A DNA stretch of 62,978 nucleotides, the filler included, from Streblomastix strix (lineage: Eukaryota): NCBI GenBank assembly GCA_008636045.1. It is 3 parts of 3 records of this genome, joined end to end, with 100 filler letters (N's around TTAATTAATTAA, not from the genome) between each part and the next. Parts side by side here need not be neighbours in the genome. Positions count along the whole stretch, not along the records: positions 1 to 20,931 come from SNRW01000406.1; 2 more parts are not named here. One strand, 5' to 3'. How positions within the stretch are numbered: position 1 is the stretch's first letter; each line of letters opens with the position of its first letter. Of this stretch, positions 1 to 11,898 are shown in pieces. Below the pieces are notes generated by a model. It was not told the origin of the DNA. It saw only the letters and a list, made by a program, of their open reading frames with translations, and did not search any database. The position numbers were made by a program, and so were the translations under genes.

Positions 1-581
1 GAAATTGTATAAGGAACCGCTGTTTGATTTCCTATTAGCTCTTCAATCTCTCGCATACTTATATATGTTTCACACGCTGATGTATCAAAATTATGAATAT
101 TCTCATATAAAGAATGTATATGTTTTCTATTATTTTTCTCACTTTTTGGCTTGATAGTGTTATAAATGAATGATTCAGATGTTGCGTCATTCTATAGGCT
201 TCCATCAATTTTTTTTCCTCTATGATGTATGGTATATTCTCTAATAAGATTCGAACCTGATTTGAGCCCTACGAATAGAACCAATCCGTCTTTATATGAT
301 TCGTCAATTTTATCAAATTTATCACCGAGTTAGATATTAGCCGTTAGCAATATCGACAAGAACGAATTTTATATCTATGTGATGTCGTGGTCTGTATCTG
401 ATAAACTAATTATTATCTCCTTATCAAATAACACTGGCATTTATGATTCTGGTTTGATTTCCTTAATTGAATAATGATGGTCTCCGTCATTAGTGAATGG
501 AACAACGGCTTTACCTAACAATGTTTCTTCAATGGTTCCTGCTTGTTGTAAATGTGTGGCTTTCATTAAGAATCTATTCAT
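1..581 (-). CDS. Candidate major capsid protein, 5' part (truncated by contig edge)
   Basis: With TAA/TAG=Gln reads open: MNRFLMKATHLQQAGTIEETLLG...LFVGLKSGSNLIREYTIHHRGKKIDGSLQNDATSESFIY; homolog of 54188-55901. Confidence 0.6.
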
Positions 582-703
582 CTTTTACATTCAATAAAAA
601 AATGAAATAGTTAAATAAATACTTAATGAAATATAAAAACGTTGAAAATTGGAAAAATCATTGATGAAAAAGCGATATTTTGACATGAGAAAACGACGCT
701 GAT

Positions 704-800
704 TATGAATGGCTTATGACTGGACCGAGTGTGGAACTGGACCGAGTCAAAAGCTACCACATAAAATGCCAGTCGATCCGCCAAATAGTCGAACCATGAA
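704..800 (+). repeat. Inter-module ~100-bp motif, copy 1a
   Basis: ACTGGACCGAGT twice (719-730, 736-747) followed by CAAAAGCTACCACATAAAATGCCAGTCGATCCGCCAAATAGTCGAA. Confidence 0.9.
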
Positions 801-850
801 AAAATAAATATTCCTAACCGTTAATGAATAGAACATAATTTTGTTATTTT

Positions 851-1165
851 TCATTAGTTCTATAATTGTATTCTTCGACTCTGTATATCAATTGGTAATT
901 TTTATTTTAAATATTCGTCATTTCTCAACGTTTCAAAATCTTATCTAAATTATCCATTTTTATCCGCTCCATAGCCATAATCAAGAAATGAGCTAGCAAC
1001 ATCTAAGACTTTGTCTATTGTTTAGCCGACAGGACTCAGTGCTCCAAGTATCGGTTTAGCAAATGGTTTTATGAACGGTTTATAAACGTTATCGTTAGCC
1101 CATTAAAGACCCTTCCCTACTTTTTAAACTAACTATTTGATTTTTGAAAACACTCCTACAGCCAT
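851..1165 (-). CDS. Small viral protein (104 aa) with N-terminal amphipathic helix
   Basis: MAVGVFSKIKQLVQKVGKGLQWANDNVYKPFIKPFAKPILGALSPVG...LQNQ-TGA; frameshifted homolog at 53597-53913. Confidence 0.75.
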
Positions 1166-1240
1166 GATTTACTTATAATAAAAATAAAATTTTATGTGTA
1201 TTATTTTGGATTTGAATAAATGATTTTTTTATTAATGTTT

Positions 1241-1335
1241 TCATGTTTCGACTATTTGGTGGCTCGACTGGCATTTTATGTGGTAGCTTTTGACTCGGTC
1301 CAGTCCCACACTCGGTCCAGACAAAAAGTCATCAA
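1241..1335 (-). repeat. Inter-module ~100-bp motif, copy 1b
   Basis: Reverse complement of the 704-800 motif (TTCGACTATTTGG...GCTTTTGACTCGGTCCAGTCCCACACTCGGTCCAG). Confidence 0.9.
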
Positions 1336-1385
1336 TTAACCGCTTCAAATATCCGTGCAAATTTCACAGATTTCATTAATGTTTT

Positions 1386-2972
1386 TCACAAGTAATACAT
1401 TCCACTAGCGTAATATTTATAAACATCATCGGAATCCATTGGTATTGACTCTTATGGTTCTGATAATTAAAAGTACAACATTTTAAATTAAGCATTTACA
1501 ATAAAATAATTCACTGAAAAATTATTCTATTTTCCGCCCTTTGTACTATATACAGCAGCAGGGAAGCCTAAACTTTTACCATCTGCAGATAGTATAGAAT
1601 CAGTAATACGACCAACTTCTTACGACCTGCCATTTAAACCTTTAGATTCGAAATATAAATTAAATACGCATACTCTGCAAGTGCCATCATCAACGATATA
1701 GAATGTATTATATGCTGATGAAGGGAAAAAATCATTTATCATAAACTGATTATAAACATTTGTTATCGTATATTGTGGTTGTGGTGATGAACTTATTTAT
1801 TTTTCATGTTTTATTATTACTTAGTCGATGAATGAATCAGATGCGGCTTCGTTTGATGCTGATTCGTTGGTGTTTGTGCTGTTCGTGTAGTTATCAAGTA
1901 TATATGTTCCTTGAAATTCACAATCCAGCGTATTTAGTTATCCGCTGACGGCCACCTATACAGCTGACGATTTATCATATATATCGTTGAACAAACGCAT
2001 AGCAGAAAATTCCTTTTGTTCGACAAGAATAGGCATATATTTCATATTTAGTGGTAGTAATTTTTTGCTGATTATCGAGAATAATTTATATACAGTATAT
2101 TATGCTTCATAATTGGCGCATAATTGTGCCAATTTTGCTCCAAAGCTATATACGATAAATGGACCATCTTTAATAAAATATGCTGCTCTATTTGCTTTAT
2201 ATATCGCTAATTCATCCATTAGTTTTATTTCACTGTTCAAATAATTAGTTCTATTTAACCCTTACATTCCCGCCTCGATTAAATTTGTTTAATTTTTCAC
2301 CGTTTCATAGACATACGATTAGGCTTCAAATTTACCATTTCCATTAACAGTCCATGTGTCCACAATTTCAATTTTTCCATCATTATTGGAATCATAATTT
2401 ATTTTTTTCGATGATTCATAATTTTTATAATATGTAATGTTAAGCACAAGAGCAGTATTTGACGGCAGCTACCGAGAGCATATAATAAATGGCCCTCCTT
2501 AATCGATATTACAAAATATGTTATATGTATTAGATGCGTCCGTTCCAACTAATGCAATCACTTAATCACCCTGATTTGGTCTCGCTTCTTGTGGATAACT
2601 TTTAAATAAATATCCATTCGGAAATACACCTGTTGTTGTATATGATGTAGTTAGTGTGATTCTATCGCCATAAACGATTAACTATGGATCTGAACCACTA
2701 GATGCTAAAAAACTTTATCGCTCTAATTATGAACTCAAATCCAATTTCGTTATTGCATTCGGCACTGGTGGCTCAAACTCTTCATTCGAATTATTGATTA
2801 TATCGTCGTTATTTTTCACCTACTACTGCAGAGTTTGGTCTCCAATAGGAACAGGTTGCGGTAGCTCACCAATAGGTTTGGGATAACGTTCTTTGATATA
2901 TGCGTATAATTCTGGGAAGTCAGATAAACCAGCAGCATCTAATAATCTTTAATCGATATAAACGTTCGACAT
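1386..2972 (-). CDS. Viral protein ~528 aa, beta-rich, possibly structural (fibre/decoration-like)
   Basis: MSNVYIDQRLLDAAGLSDFPELYAYIKERYPKPIG...SGMYYL-TGA; length divisible by 3; homolog at 51790-53383. Confidence 0.7.
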
Positions 2973-3048
2973 TTATATTCAATAAAAATAAATAATTAAT
3001 CCAAACAATTTCAAACAATTATAAGCAGAGGCAGCATTAGCACGAAGT

Positions 3049-5915
3049 TCAAAGCGTCCAACTAAATTATAAGCCAACATCATCATTAATACCCCATGCT
3101 TCTGTTGAGTCGGTAGTTATTCGGAATTCTCTATATGAATAAACACATGTTAATGTCTTTCGCGTCATTGCCAATTGTAGTTGATGTAGAAATATTGATT
3201 TAAGTTTTTGGTATAATTTCCATCATTAAAGTATAAAATGTGCCTATCCGTGTAAGTTTTAAATAATTGAATGAAATATTTGAATGTAAATTGACAACTA
3301 AATTTGTTATGTCCTCAACTTGCACTCCTCCAAATGACGATAATAATTGGTCGCCACCGTAAGCCAATAAAACCGATGTCTCATCTTTACCTGTTTTAGC
3401 AAATCCAGCAGAATTAACATTTGAATTGAATGTTTTTGTGCCATATATCGTTTAATTATCATAACGACTAACAAATGCATTATAAATTTCTCCTCTTGTC
3501 AAATAATCTTCATCATACTCCGTGAATTATTTAAAGTTCTTATCCCGTTTTTTTCACATAATTAGAATCATCAACGCTTCCACCTCCAAATTCAGAAATT
3601 GGTTTTGTTCCACCAGCTGCAAGTAAAACAACTGTATCATCAGCACCAGATTTAACAAATTATGAGCCTGTAATTGTTGCCATTCCATCTATTGAACTTA
3701 CGAATCTACAAGCATTATTGAATGTCTTGTTCGCTGTTATTGTCTATGAAGTGCGTAATGTCATATAACCACTTAAATCAACTTCACAAACTTCAATTTA
3801 TGATATCAAATAATCAGTTTCTGTTTTGGTACAAGATGCTGATTGATTTGCCTTTAACAGCAGCAACGCATCATCTTCTCCTTTAGTGTACGAAACTCCT
3901 GAATTGGCTTTATTACTGAGCAAATTATCGGCTTTTCCTTTTGTATATGAAACTCCTGAATAGGCTTTACTATTTAAAAGATTATCGGCTTCTCCTTTAG
4001 TGTATGAATCAATCAATTATGTTTTATCAGCCTTCAACAACAGCAAAGCATCATCTTCTCCTTTGGTGTATGAAACTCCAGAATCGGCTTTATTATTTAA
4101 AAGATTATTGGTTTCACCTTTAGTGTATGCATCAATCAGTTATGTTTTATCAGCCTTCAACAACAAAAGAGCATCATCTTATGTCTTAGTGTATGAATCG
4201 ATTTAATCGCTTACATTTAATTTTTCGTCGAGTAGTACATCGGTTTCAATCTTCGAATATGCATCAATTAATTATGTTTTGTCAGCCTTCAACAACTGCA
4301 ACGCATCATCTTATGTCTTAGTGTATGCATCAATTTAATCAGAAATATTTAATTTTAGATTTAATTTTTAATCTGTTTCAGTTTATGAATATGTTTATGA
4401 TTTATTATAATAATTTGAAAAATCAACGCTTGCATTTATATCCTGTATGGCCTTAACACCACCACCAGCACAAACAACAGAATTATTATCGTAATTTTAT
4501 ACAGATATTCCGACTGATTGGATAGTTGTATTAAATGTCTTTTAACCTGTAATAGTTTCATCATAGTTAGTCGTTATAAATGAACTATTTTTCGCAGGTA
4601 TTAGTGTATTTCCATCAAATGATAAATCTGTTATTGCATGGCCTCCACCTGTAGCAGCTCCAAGAATGGTCATGACGTTGCTCACATCTGGCAGTTCTGT
4701 TTCTAGTGCTCGAAGATTAGAGCCATCCAACCAATAATCCATGACTTATTTATCGACTATATGTAAATTATCACCAATCGCTAATTTTGCAACGTTTTCC
4801 TAATCTTCCATCCAAGTATTCATCTCATCCGTTGTTGCAAATACATATCCTTTTGATTTGCCTGAAGCGATATCTCGAACTTCTTATAGTTATGGCTATG
4901 ATACTAATGAACTTACTAGCATATCACCACAGCCAGCAAGAAGAAAAGAATCATCATTTTTATTTTATTTCGATATGCTTGAAACACTAATTATTCCGAA
5001 TTAGTTTTGGCCTGTTATCGTTTGAGTAGAAGCTAAATCAATATAATCCGCTAACTCCGATTTGTCAGCCTTCAACAACAACAACGCATCATCTTCTTAT
5101 TTACTATAAGCATCGATTCAGTCAGTAATATTTAATTTGTCGTCGAGTAGAGCATCGACTTCAGATTTACTATAAGCATCGATTTAGTCAGTAATATTTA
5201 ATTTGTCGTCGAGTAGAGCATCGACTTCAGATTTACTATAAGCATCGATTTAATCAGATATATTTAATTTTTCATCAAGTAAGGCATCGGCTTCAGACTT
5301 ATTATATGCATCAATTTAATCAGATATATTTAGTTTATCGTCTAGTAGGGCATCGGCTTCTGTTTTATTGTAAGCATCAATTTAATCAGATATATTTAAT
5401 TTGTTGTTGAGTAGAGCATCAGCTTTTTATTTGGTGTATGCATCAATTAGATCAGTTTTATCAGCCTTCAATAATAGCAGAGCATCATCTTCAGTTTTCG
5501 AATAAGCATCAATTTAATCAGATATATTTAATTTATTGTCGAGTAGGGCATCGGCTTCAGTTTTATTGTATGCATCAATTTAGTCAGAAATATTTAATTT
5601 TAATGCAAGCAATTCATCATATTCAATCTTCGAATATGCATCAATGAGCTCTGATTTATCAGCCTTCAACTACAATAAATTATCTTCTTCTTATTTGGTA
5701 TATGTATCAATTTAGTCGGAAATATTTAATTTTTTATCTAGCATTTCATCAGTTTCTTCACGATTACAAGGTTCAGGCGCTTCATTAACTATATTTATTA
5801 AATTTTCAATATTTTTTACTTCGTTAATTAAGCCAATGGTGTTATACTTACTTGAACCATAAAGCACTTAATCATGATTTAAAACAACATCATGCATATG
5901 CAAATCTCCGTCCAT
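3049..5915 (-). pseudogene. Repetitive fibre-like protein (frameshifted near 3' end)
   Basis: ATG 5915; many 20-aa repeats IDAYxKxExDALLDDKLNISDQ, QTITGxKTF spacers, GADDTVVLLAAGGTKPISEFGGG modules, C-terminal small beta domain ending ..FSWTL-TGA. Confidence 0.75.
5050..5760 (-). repeat. 60-bp coding tandem repeat array (second array ~3800-4420)
   Basis: GCATC(A/G)ATT(T/C)A(A/G)TCAG recurs with a 60-nt period (e.g. 5110, 5176, 5242 region). Confidence 0.8.
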
Positions 5916-5946
5916 TTTATAAAAATAAAAATAATTTATTATGATA

Positions 5947-6516
5947 TCATATTTTATTTAACACAGTCATTAATCCTTTAGATACTGTACTAATAATTTT
6001 ACTTGTTATTTCTCCTAAATCTAAAATACTTGTTATTTTTCTTATTTTTTATAAACATATTTTATAGCTATCCCTTAATAAATTTACTTTTTCGACGTAG
6101 AGCTTTAATAAATTTACGTTTCCAATCAATATATCATTTAATGTTTAAGTCGAATCGCTGCAAAACCTACCACAACATCCTTCATCCTCTACACTCAATT
6201 AAATTTAACTTTCTGGGACGTCGAATGTGTAGGCAACAACCCGAATCAATTAATTTTCAGGTAATATGAAATGCACTGATTCTTTAATCATATGCTCGTC
6301 TTCACTAATGATATCCAACAGCCAACTACACACTGAATGGTCTGGAGATAATGTTTCTTCAAATATTGAACTTCTGCGTCTAGCTGAAAACGTTGGCGTT
6401 TCACATCTGATAACCAACGCCTGAAATTGTTGCTGAAATGGTTGCTAAAATGGGTCAATTTCTTTATCAAATTATGGTTCCACTTCTGGAATAGTTGGAC
6501 TCTTCATTTTAGTCAT
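5947..6516 (-). CDS. Conserved viral hypothetical protein (~189 aa)
   Basis: MTKMKSPTIPEVEPQF...; 570 nt; homolog at 48279-48887. Confidence 0.7.
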
Positions 6517-6581
6517 GTTAAAAACATTTAATTATTCACGTAAAATAAAAACGAAAATTGAATTGATTGATGGCCAAATAT

Positions 6582-6680
6582 TAATGAATGACTTTTTGTC
6601 TGGACCGAGTGTGGGACTGGACCAAGTCAAAAGCTACCACATAAAATGCCAGTCGATCTGCCAAATAGTCGGAAGATAAA
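6582..6680 (+). repeat. Inter-module ~100-bp motif, copy 1c
   Basis: TAATGAATGACTTTTTGTCTGGACCGAGTGTGGGACTGGACCAAGTCAAAAGCTACCACATAAAATGCCAGTCGATCTGCCAAATAGTCG. Confidence 0.9.
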
Positions 6681-6765
6681 AAACTAAAAAAAATAAAAAA
6701 ATAATCTTATTTTAAAAATAAACGAGTTTGTTATATACAAATTTAACTTTTTAACAATAAATAAA

Positions 6766-9200
6766 ATGGCAGCTTCATAAGTAGAGTCAGTCAAAAATCA
6801 AACAAATGCAATAAACAACATATTATATCCAACTGAAATAACTGATGATATGACCGATGAACAAAAGAAAAAGAGATAAATTAACAAAATTTTATTAATT
6901 ATTCAATCAAATATATCAAATAATAATTCGAAATATAATAATGTAATTATTGGCGAACGTATCAAAGAAGCAATCACTCCATTATATAACTATAAGAAAC
7001 ATACGGATGGAAAAAAAGGAACAAAAACAGGTTAAACTGTTGATATAGGCAAATGTGATGAATAATTATGCGTAATGGATTTTGATATAAGGAAAGATTT
7101 AATGGATGAAAAAATATCAGAAATAAGAAATAAGATTATTGAAAATTTACCTTCTAATGTTGGACTCGTTAAGACTGTACATGGAGGCTTACATATATTT
7201 TTAGATAGACATAGATACACACTTAAAAATAATTCATAAATCAAAATCATTCATACTGAAAACTTTGATGTAGATATATTTGCTCATATCGATGAAAATT
7301 AAAGACTTGTAGTTCTTCCAAACTCAACAACCAGAGAGGAGAAAAATATGAAAAAAATAAATTTGAAATATTATGATTTAAATAATATGATGGAAAAAAA
7401 TAATATAGCAAAATTAGACGATATATTAGATATTTATGGTGATGATTTACGAGCCTAATTTGAAGAAGAGAAACCGATTATAAATAATGATGGTTCAATA
7501 AGAAAAATGAATTAAGAATTGGCTCATTTATTAGTTGATGGAATTTAACATTTATAGATACATAATGATGCTTAGAAAGTCGAACGAGAAATAACGTTAT
7601 TATGTTTAATTACATGATTAAATGGGCTTGCATTTGTGGATGGATTATCAGAAGATGAAATTAAATATTACGTTGATGATACTTATAACAAAGTTTAAGC
7701 AAAAAATAATTTAACTGATAATGCGATTCAAAATTGAGAGCTCAAATGGTCACGATTTTATTTGAAAGCTAATCCATGGGTTCTATAAAAGATTGTTAAA
7801 TATCATAATCCATAGTATAACATCGATATTATAAAGCCATATTTATAATCAAAGTTAAAAGAAAAAAAAAATAAATTAGTATATTTGGTATTGACTTAAG
7901 AGATGATTTTACACTCATAGATATATAAGAAAAAATATTTAATGGTGAATACAAAATGTAAAAATATAATTAAATTGCTTAAGATTTAACTCGAATTCTA
8001 AGACATTCACCTAGTCATGGCGGATTAGTATTTATCATCAAATAATACAATACAATAAATAAAAAAAATAAATTTGAATATATGACTAATACAGCTGCTT
8101 ATGATTAATTATAAATAGTAAAAATATGTGATGATGGATAGATGAAAATAACATTAAAATATATATTTGAACAATATAATTCTTTATTTGCTTTGAGAGG
8201 TATTAGATTTATAAGTGATGAACCGAAAATTTTCAGTATGTTTTAAGGCTATAAATATTAATAATTATCGTCGGTTAATGAAGACCTAATTAATGATTAT
8301 TTATTATTAATACATGAAACAATAGCAGCAGGTGATGATGATTTATATAATTATATTCTAAATTGGATTGCACTTATTATATAAAATGCAGGTGTAAAAT
8401 CAGAGGTGGCATTGATATTATAAGGTAGTTAAGGAATAGGCAAGAACAGATTTACAGATGTTTTATGTGAATTATTAGCTGGTTATTCAATTAAAAATAT
8501 TACAGATATTAGCAAATTTACAGGCCAATTTAATTCAGTCGTTGAAAATATAATTCTTGGAGTAGCTAATGAACTAAAAAATTTTGGAGAAGCGAGATAT
8601 TCAAACATGGATGCGTTGAAGTCAATAATAACAGATGATTCAATAAGAATAAATGAAAAAAATTAACCTCGCAGAACATCAGAAAATGTAATGAATTTGA
8701 TAATGGTAACAAATAACGATTTCTCCATCAAGATTGAAGCTAATGATAGACGTTATGTTGTATGCAGATGTAAGGCAGTCCATAGGGACGACGTTGAATA
8801 TTTTACATCTCTATCTAATAGCTTCACAACTGAATTTTACAATAATTTATTTACTTATTTTATGACCAGAAATATTGAAGGCTGGAATCAAAGAATCATT
8901 CCATTCACAGAAACGAAAAAGGACATAATTAGAGCTTCGCGTTCATAACTTGATGATGTAATCTTTTAAAATTATTAAGCGTTTAAAGAAGGTGTGCCTT
9001 GTAGTATTGCACTATAATTTAAACCATTCGATGTTAAAGAGAAATTATTCTAATTATAGCTCAAAAATAAATGTCAAAGAATTATAAAAACCATTAATGA
9101 AAAGCGAACATGGATTTATAAATTGAATGAAGATTTGATAAAATTATATGATAGATTAAGAGAAGAAGATCAAGATATCAATGAAGACGCTAACATTCGA
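6766..9200 (+). pseudogene. Primase-polymerase / SF3 (D5-like) helicase fusion
   Basis: N-terminal VMDFDI and KTVHGGLHIF prim-pol motifs; Walker A GSQGIGKN, Walker B region GVANEL, motif C IMVTNN, ANDRRY; in-frame TGA at 7615 and 7735, frameshift in poly-A ~7865. Confidence 0.85.
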
Positions 9201-9220
9201 ATAATTAGTTTATTTATTTT

Positions 9221-9315
9221 TTCATGTTTCGACTATTTAGCGGATCGACTGGCATTTTATGTGGTAGCTTTTGACTCGGTCCAGGCCCACACTCGGTCTA
9301 GTCAAGACATTCATA
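9221..9315 (-). repeat. Inter-module ~100-bp motif, copy 1d
   Basis: Reverse complement copy: TTCGACTATTTAGCGGATCGACTGGCATTTTATGTGGTAGCTTTTGACTCGGTCCAGG. Confidence 0.9.
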
Positions 9316-9555
9316 ATCCAACCCATTTCTACGTGCCAATTTCATAAAATTCATCAATGTTTTGTCTCAATCCAATCAATCCAATCCATTAATGATTATC
9401 AAACAAATATATTTTATGTTCAATTTTATAATGGTTTCACTAACGAAGTCATCAACGAATTCACTAATAATTTTAGGTTTCCAAATATAATAAAATTTCA
9501 TTTGTTCAAAAATCATCAAACAAATTAATCAACTAATTCCATCAATCTTCCTATG

Positions 9556-9807
9556 TGGTTATGAGAATATGGAGAGTGATATACGTTCAAAAATCATACA
9601 TCATTAATCGATTCATTAATCAACTTCATTAATTAATATCAATAATTATATTCAATATCATATAATCGTTAACTAAACACATATGAATATTCGGTACTAC
9701 ATTATTTATTTATTATTATTTATTATTATTATTTATTTTCATTATTTTATATTCATTATTTATTTTATTTTTCTATGTGGGGCACTCTCCATATTCTCAT
9801 AACTACT
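9556..9807 (-). repeat. Element terminus with subterminal inverted copy
   Basis: GTGGTTATGAGAATATGGAGAGTG (9556-9579) is the inverted copy of CACTCTCCATATTCTCATAACTAC (9783-9806); homologous to 44577-44845. Confidence 0.8.
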
Positions 9808-10875
9808 TGCGTTGCTAATATGTAAAGGAATAAACACGGATCTTATGCGAGCGTCTGCAAATATTTGCAAGATTTCCTCTTTTTTATGTATTTTAAGATT
9901 ATACTTTAACAAAATTGCTTCTTAATTTTCTCCCAGCATTGACGGCCGTAAGAAATCAACGTACGAAATTAGAACGACAATAATTCAAGCTCTGAAGATG
10001 GCAGAATTTACGTATCCCTTCGGCCTGTGTTCTATTATAACATCGACATTAAACTTGAGACCTGTAGCATGTACATCAGCATCAAGTATGACTCGTTTTG
10101 TAACAACAAGCGAAGGCATCGTATCGCCGTATGATGCTATAGCAGACATAACTGTGTGAAGATTACTATTTCTTTTGACCTTATAATGCAATTACTGGTT
10201 TGTTGTTCCTGCAGTTACCTGCATAAGCGATAGTTTTGCATCTGGCCAATCTTGTGATCCGGATTCATTAATTGCAAAAACTGCGCATGTTGGTTTACCA
10301 ATTACGTAATTGACGAGACCGGAATGATATCTATCGCAGTTCTATCGATTTACCTCCATCCTTCAACTTTCTCAATGGCTACATCACTATTTAATAACTT
10401 CTTCATAGTGACGGCTGAGAAAACTCTCATCGAATGCTCATCCAACTTACGCATGAAATTCTTCCATAATATATGTAATGAATGCGGAATATGTGTATGG
10501 TTTGTCAATTTTAAATTATTCTATTAGTTTCACAATCATTATAACTTCATCAGGATCGGTATTACGCCTTCGATTATGTATTTCTCGTTTGACTTTCCCT
10601 TTTAGACCATTAACTCACATAATCGAGATTTCATTAGTATAAAGAGCTCCACAAGTGTTCGATTCGAAAATATTATATCATGACAAGCCTTTATTTCATC
10701 GAATAAAGCTCATGCTTGTTCTTTGAAAGAGAACAGTGGTTATGCGCCAATACGCATTAAAATTCGAACTGCTACGTGCTCATTATATATCTTAGTCGGT
10801 TTTTATTTAATATGCTCAACTGTCAACATTTCACGCTCTGAACTTATGGAAATAAATTGAATTTATCAACCCATA
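9808..10875 (-). pseudogene. pogo/Tc5-like DDE transposase relic, cut by the viral insertion
   Basis: VFAINESG..., HTVMSAIASYGDTMPSLVV, KGYVNSAIF, AILLKYNLKIH, SVFIPLHISNA, then the virus terminus; internal stops and frameshifts. Confidence 0.7.
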
Positions 10876-11648
10876 GATTTTATGAATGGATTTAATTTAT
10901 TTAATATTAAAGTAATAAGTTAATAATTTTCAAAAAAAAATTATTTTTATTTAAAATTATGCAAACTGATCTGTCCTAAAATGAAGTCCGGGCTTAAAAT
11001 GAACATATTTAAAACATAATATTAATATTATATTATGGTAAAAACTATGATGAAACAATGTATTGTGGAAGAAAATGAAAATTAAAGAAAAAAATGAACA
11101 AAAAAATTTGAAAAATATAACTAATTAAAAATTTATTTTATAAATTGCATAATTAAATACATGACATAAAATTAATTTAAATTTAACTTAAAATAATAAA
11201 ATTTAAACAGTTTATATCATTGATTTTATAGATTTGAAACGCAAAAAAAGTATCCTAGTAGGTGCGTGTTTCTGTTGTATAATTATAGAAATATGGTATG
11301 AATACAAAAAAATAATATTTATATTATTATTAACTAATTTATAAAACATTAAAATATATATTGATGCAAGCAAAAATTTGAAAAATATTAGAAATAAGTT
11401 GGCAATATGATTATTATATTCAAATTTGTATAATAATAATATATAGCAATTTATTACGAAACATTAATAATATCAACCAGAATTGATAATACAGTTCAAG
11501 AAACAAAACAGTTTATTTAAATTGTAGATACTCACATATACATAATTATTATTTTATCCATAATGAATTAGTATTGCTTCATATATACTCATTCATAACT
11601 TTTGTAGGTGGTAATTGTGCAATGTAATTCCAAAGAAATTTTAATTCA

Positions 11649-11708
11649 GGGGATAGATCAGTCATAGTCATGGCTTAGCCAAAGCTAGACTATGACCGAT
11701 CTGACCCC
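11649..11708. repeat. 60-bp GC-rich imperfect palindrome
   Basis: GGGGATAGATCAGTCATAGTC ... GACTATGACCGATCTGACCCC arms. Confidence 0.7.
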
Positions 11709-11898
11709 ATAAGATAGTTTTCCCGAATAATTTTTTTTGAAATGAGCTTCTTAATGAACATTAATATATAATAAATATATTATATATAAACATAAACAAA
11801 TTATATAGATTCCTTAATAAATTGGTTTGTTATTTAGATTTTTTTTTATTTTTTTAATTTTTTTTATTAAGGACATTGAAAGAAAAATACTGAAAATC

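Larger units (their letters stand above)
1..9807 (-). mobile_element. Endogenous Polinton-like virus, copy 1 (terminal 9.8 kb; truncated by contig start)
   Basis: Colinear gene-for-gene with 44577-54770 in opposite orientation; ends in AACTACT (AGTAGTT on minus) at 9807; carries primase-helicase, fibre-like and candidate capsid genes. Confidence 0.85.

Noticed and set aside
3049..3300. Diversity-generating retroelement acting on the fibre tip
   Set aside because: No reverse transcriptase and no template/variable repeat pair seen in the window
7615..7737. TGA read-through (Trp/Sec) in viral genes
   Set aside because: TGAs are not shared between the copies (e.g. GGA or AGA in the other copy) and co-occur with frameshifts, so they are decay mutations
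704..9315. CRISPR array or integron interpretation of the recurring motif
   Set aside because: Spacing is 0.5-5 kb, orientation alternates, and no cas gene or integron integrase is present; eukaryotic context
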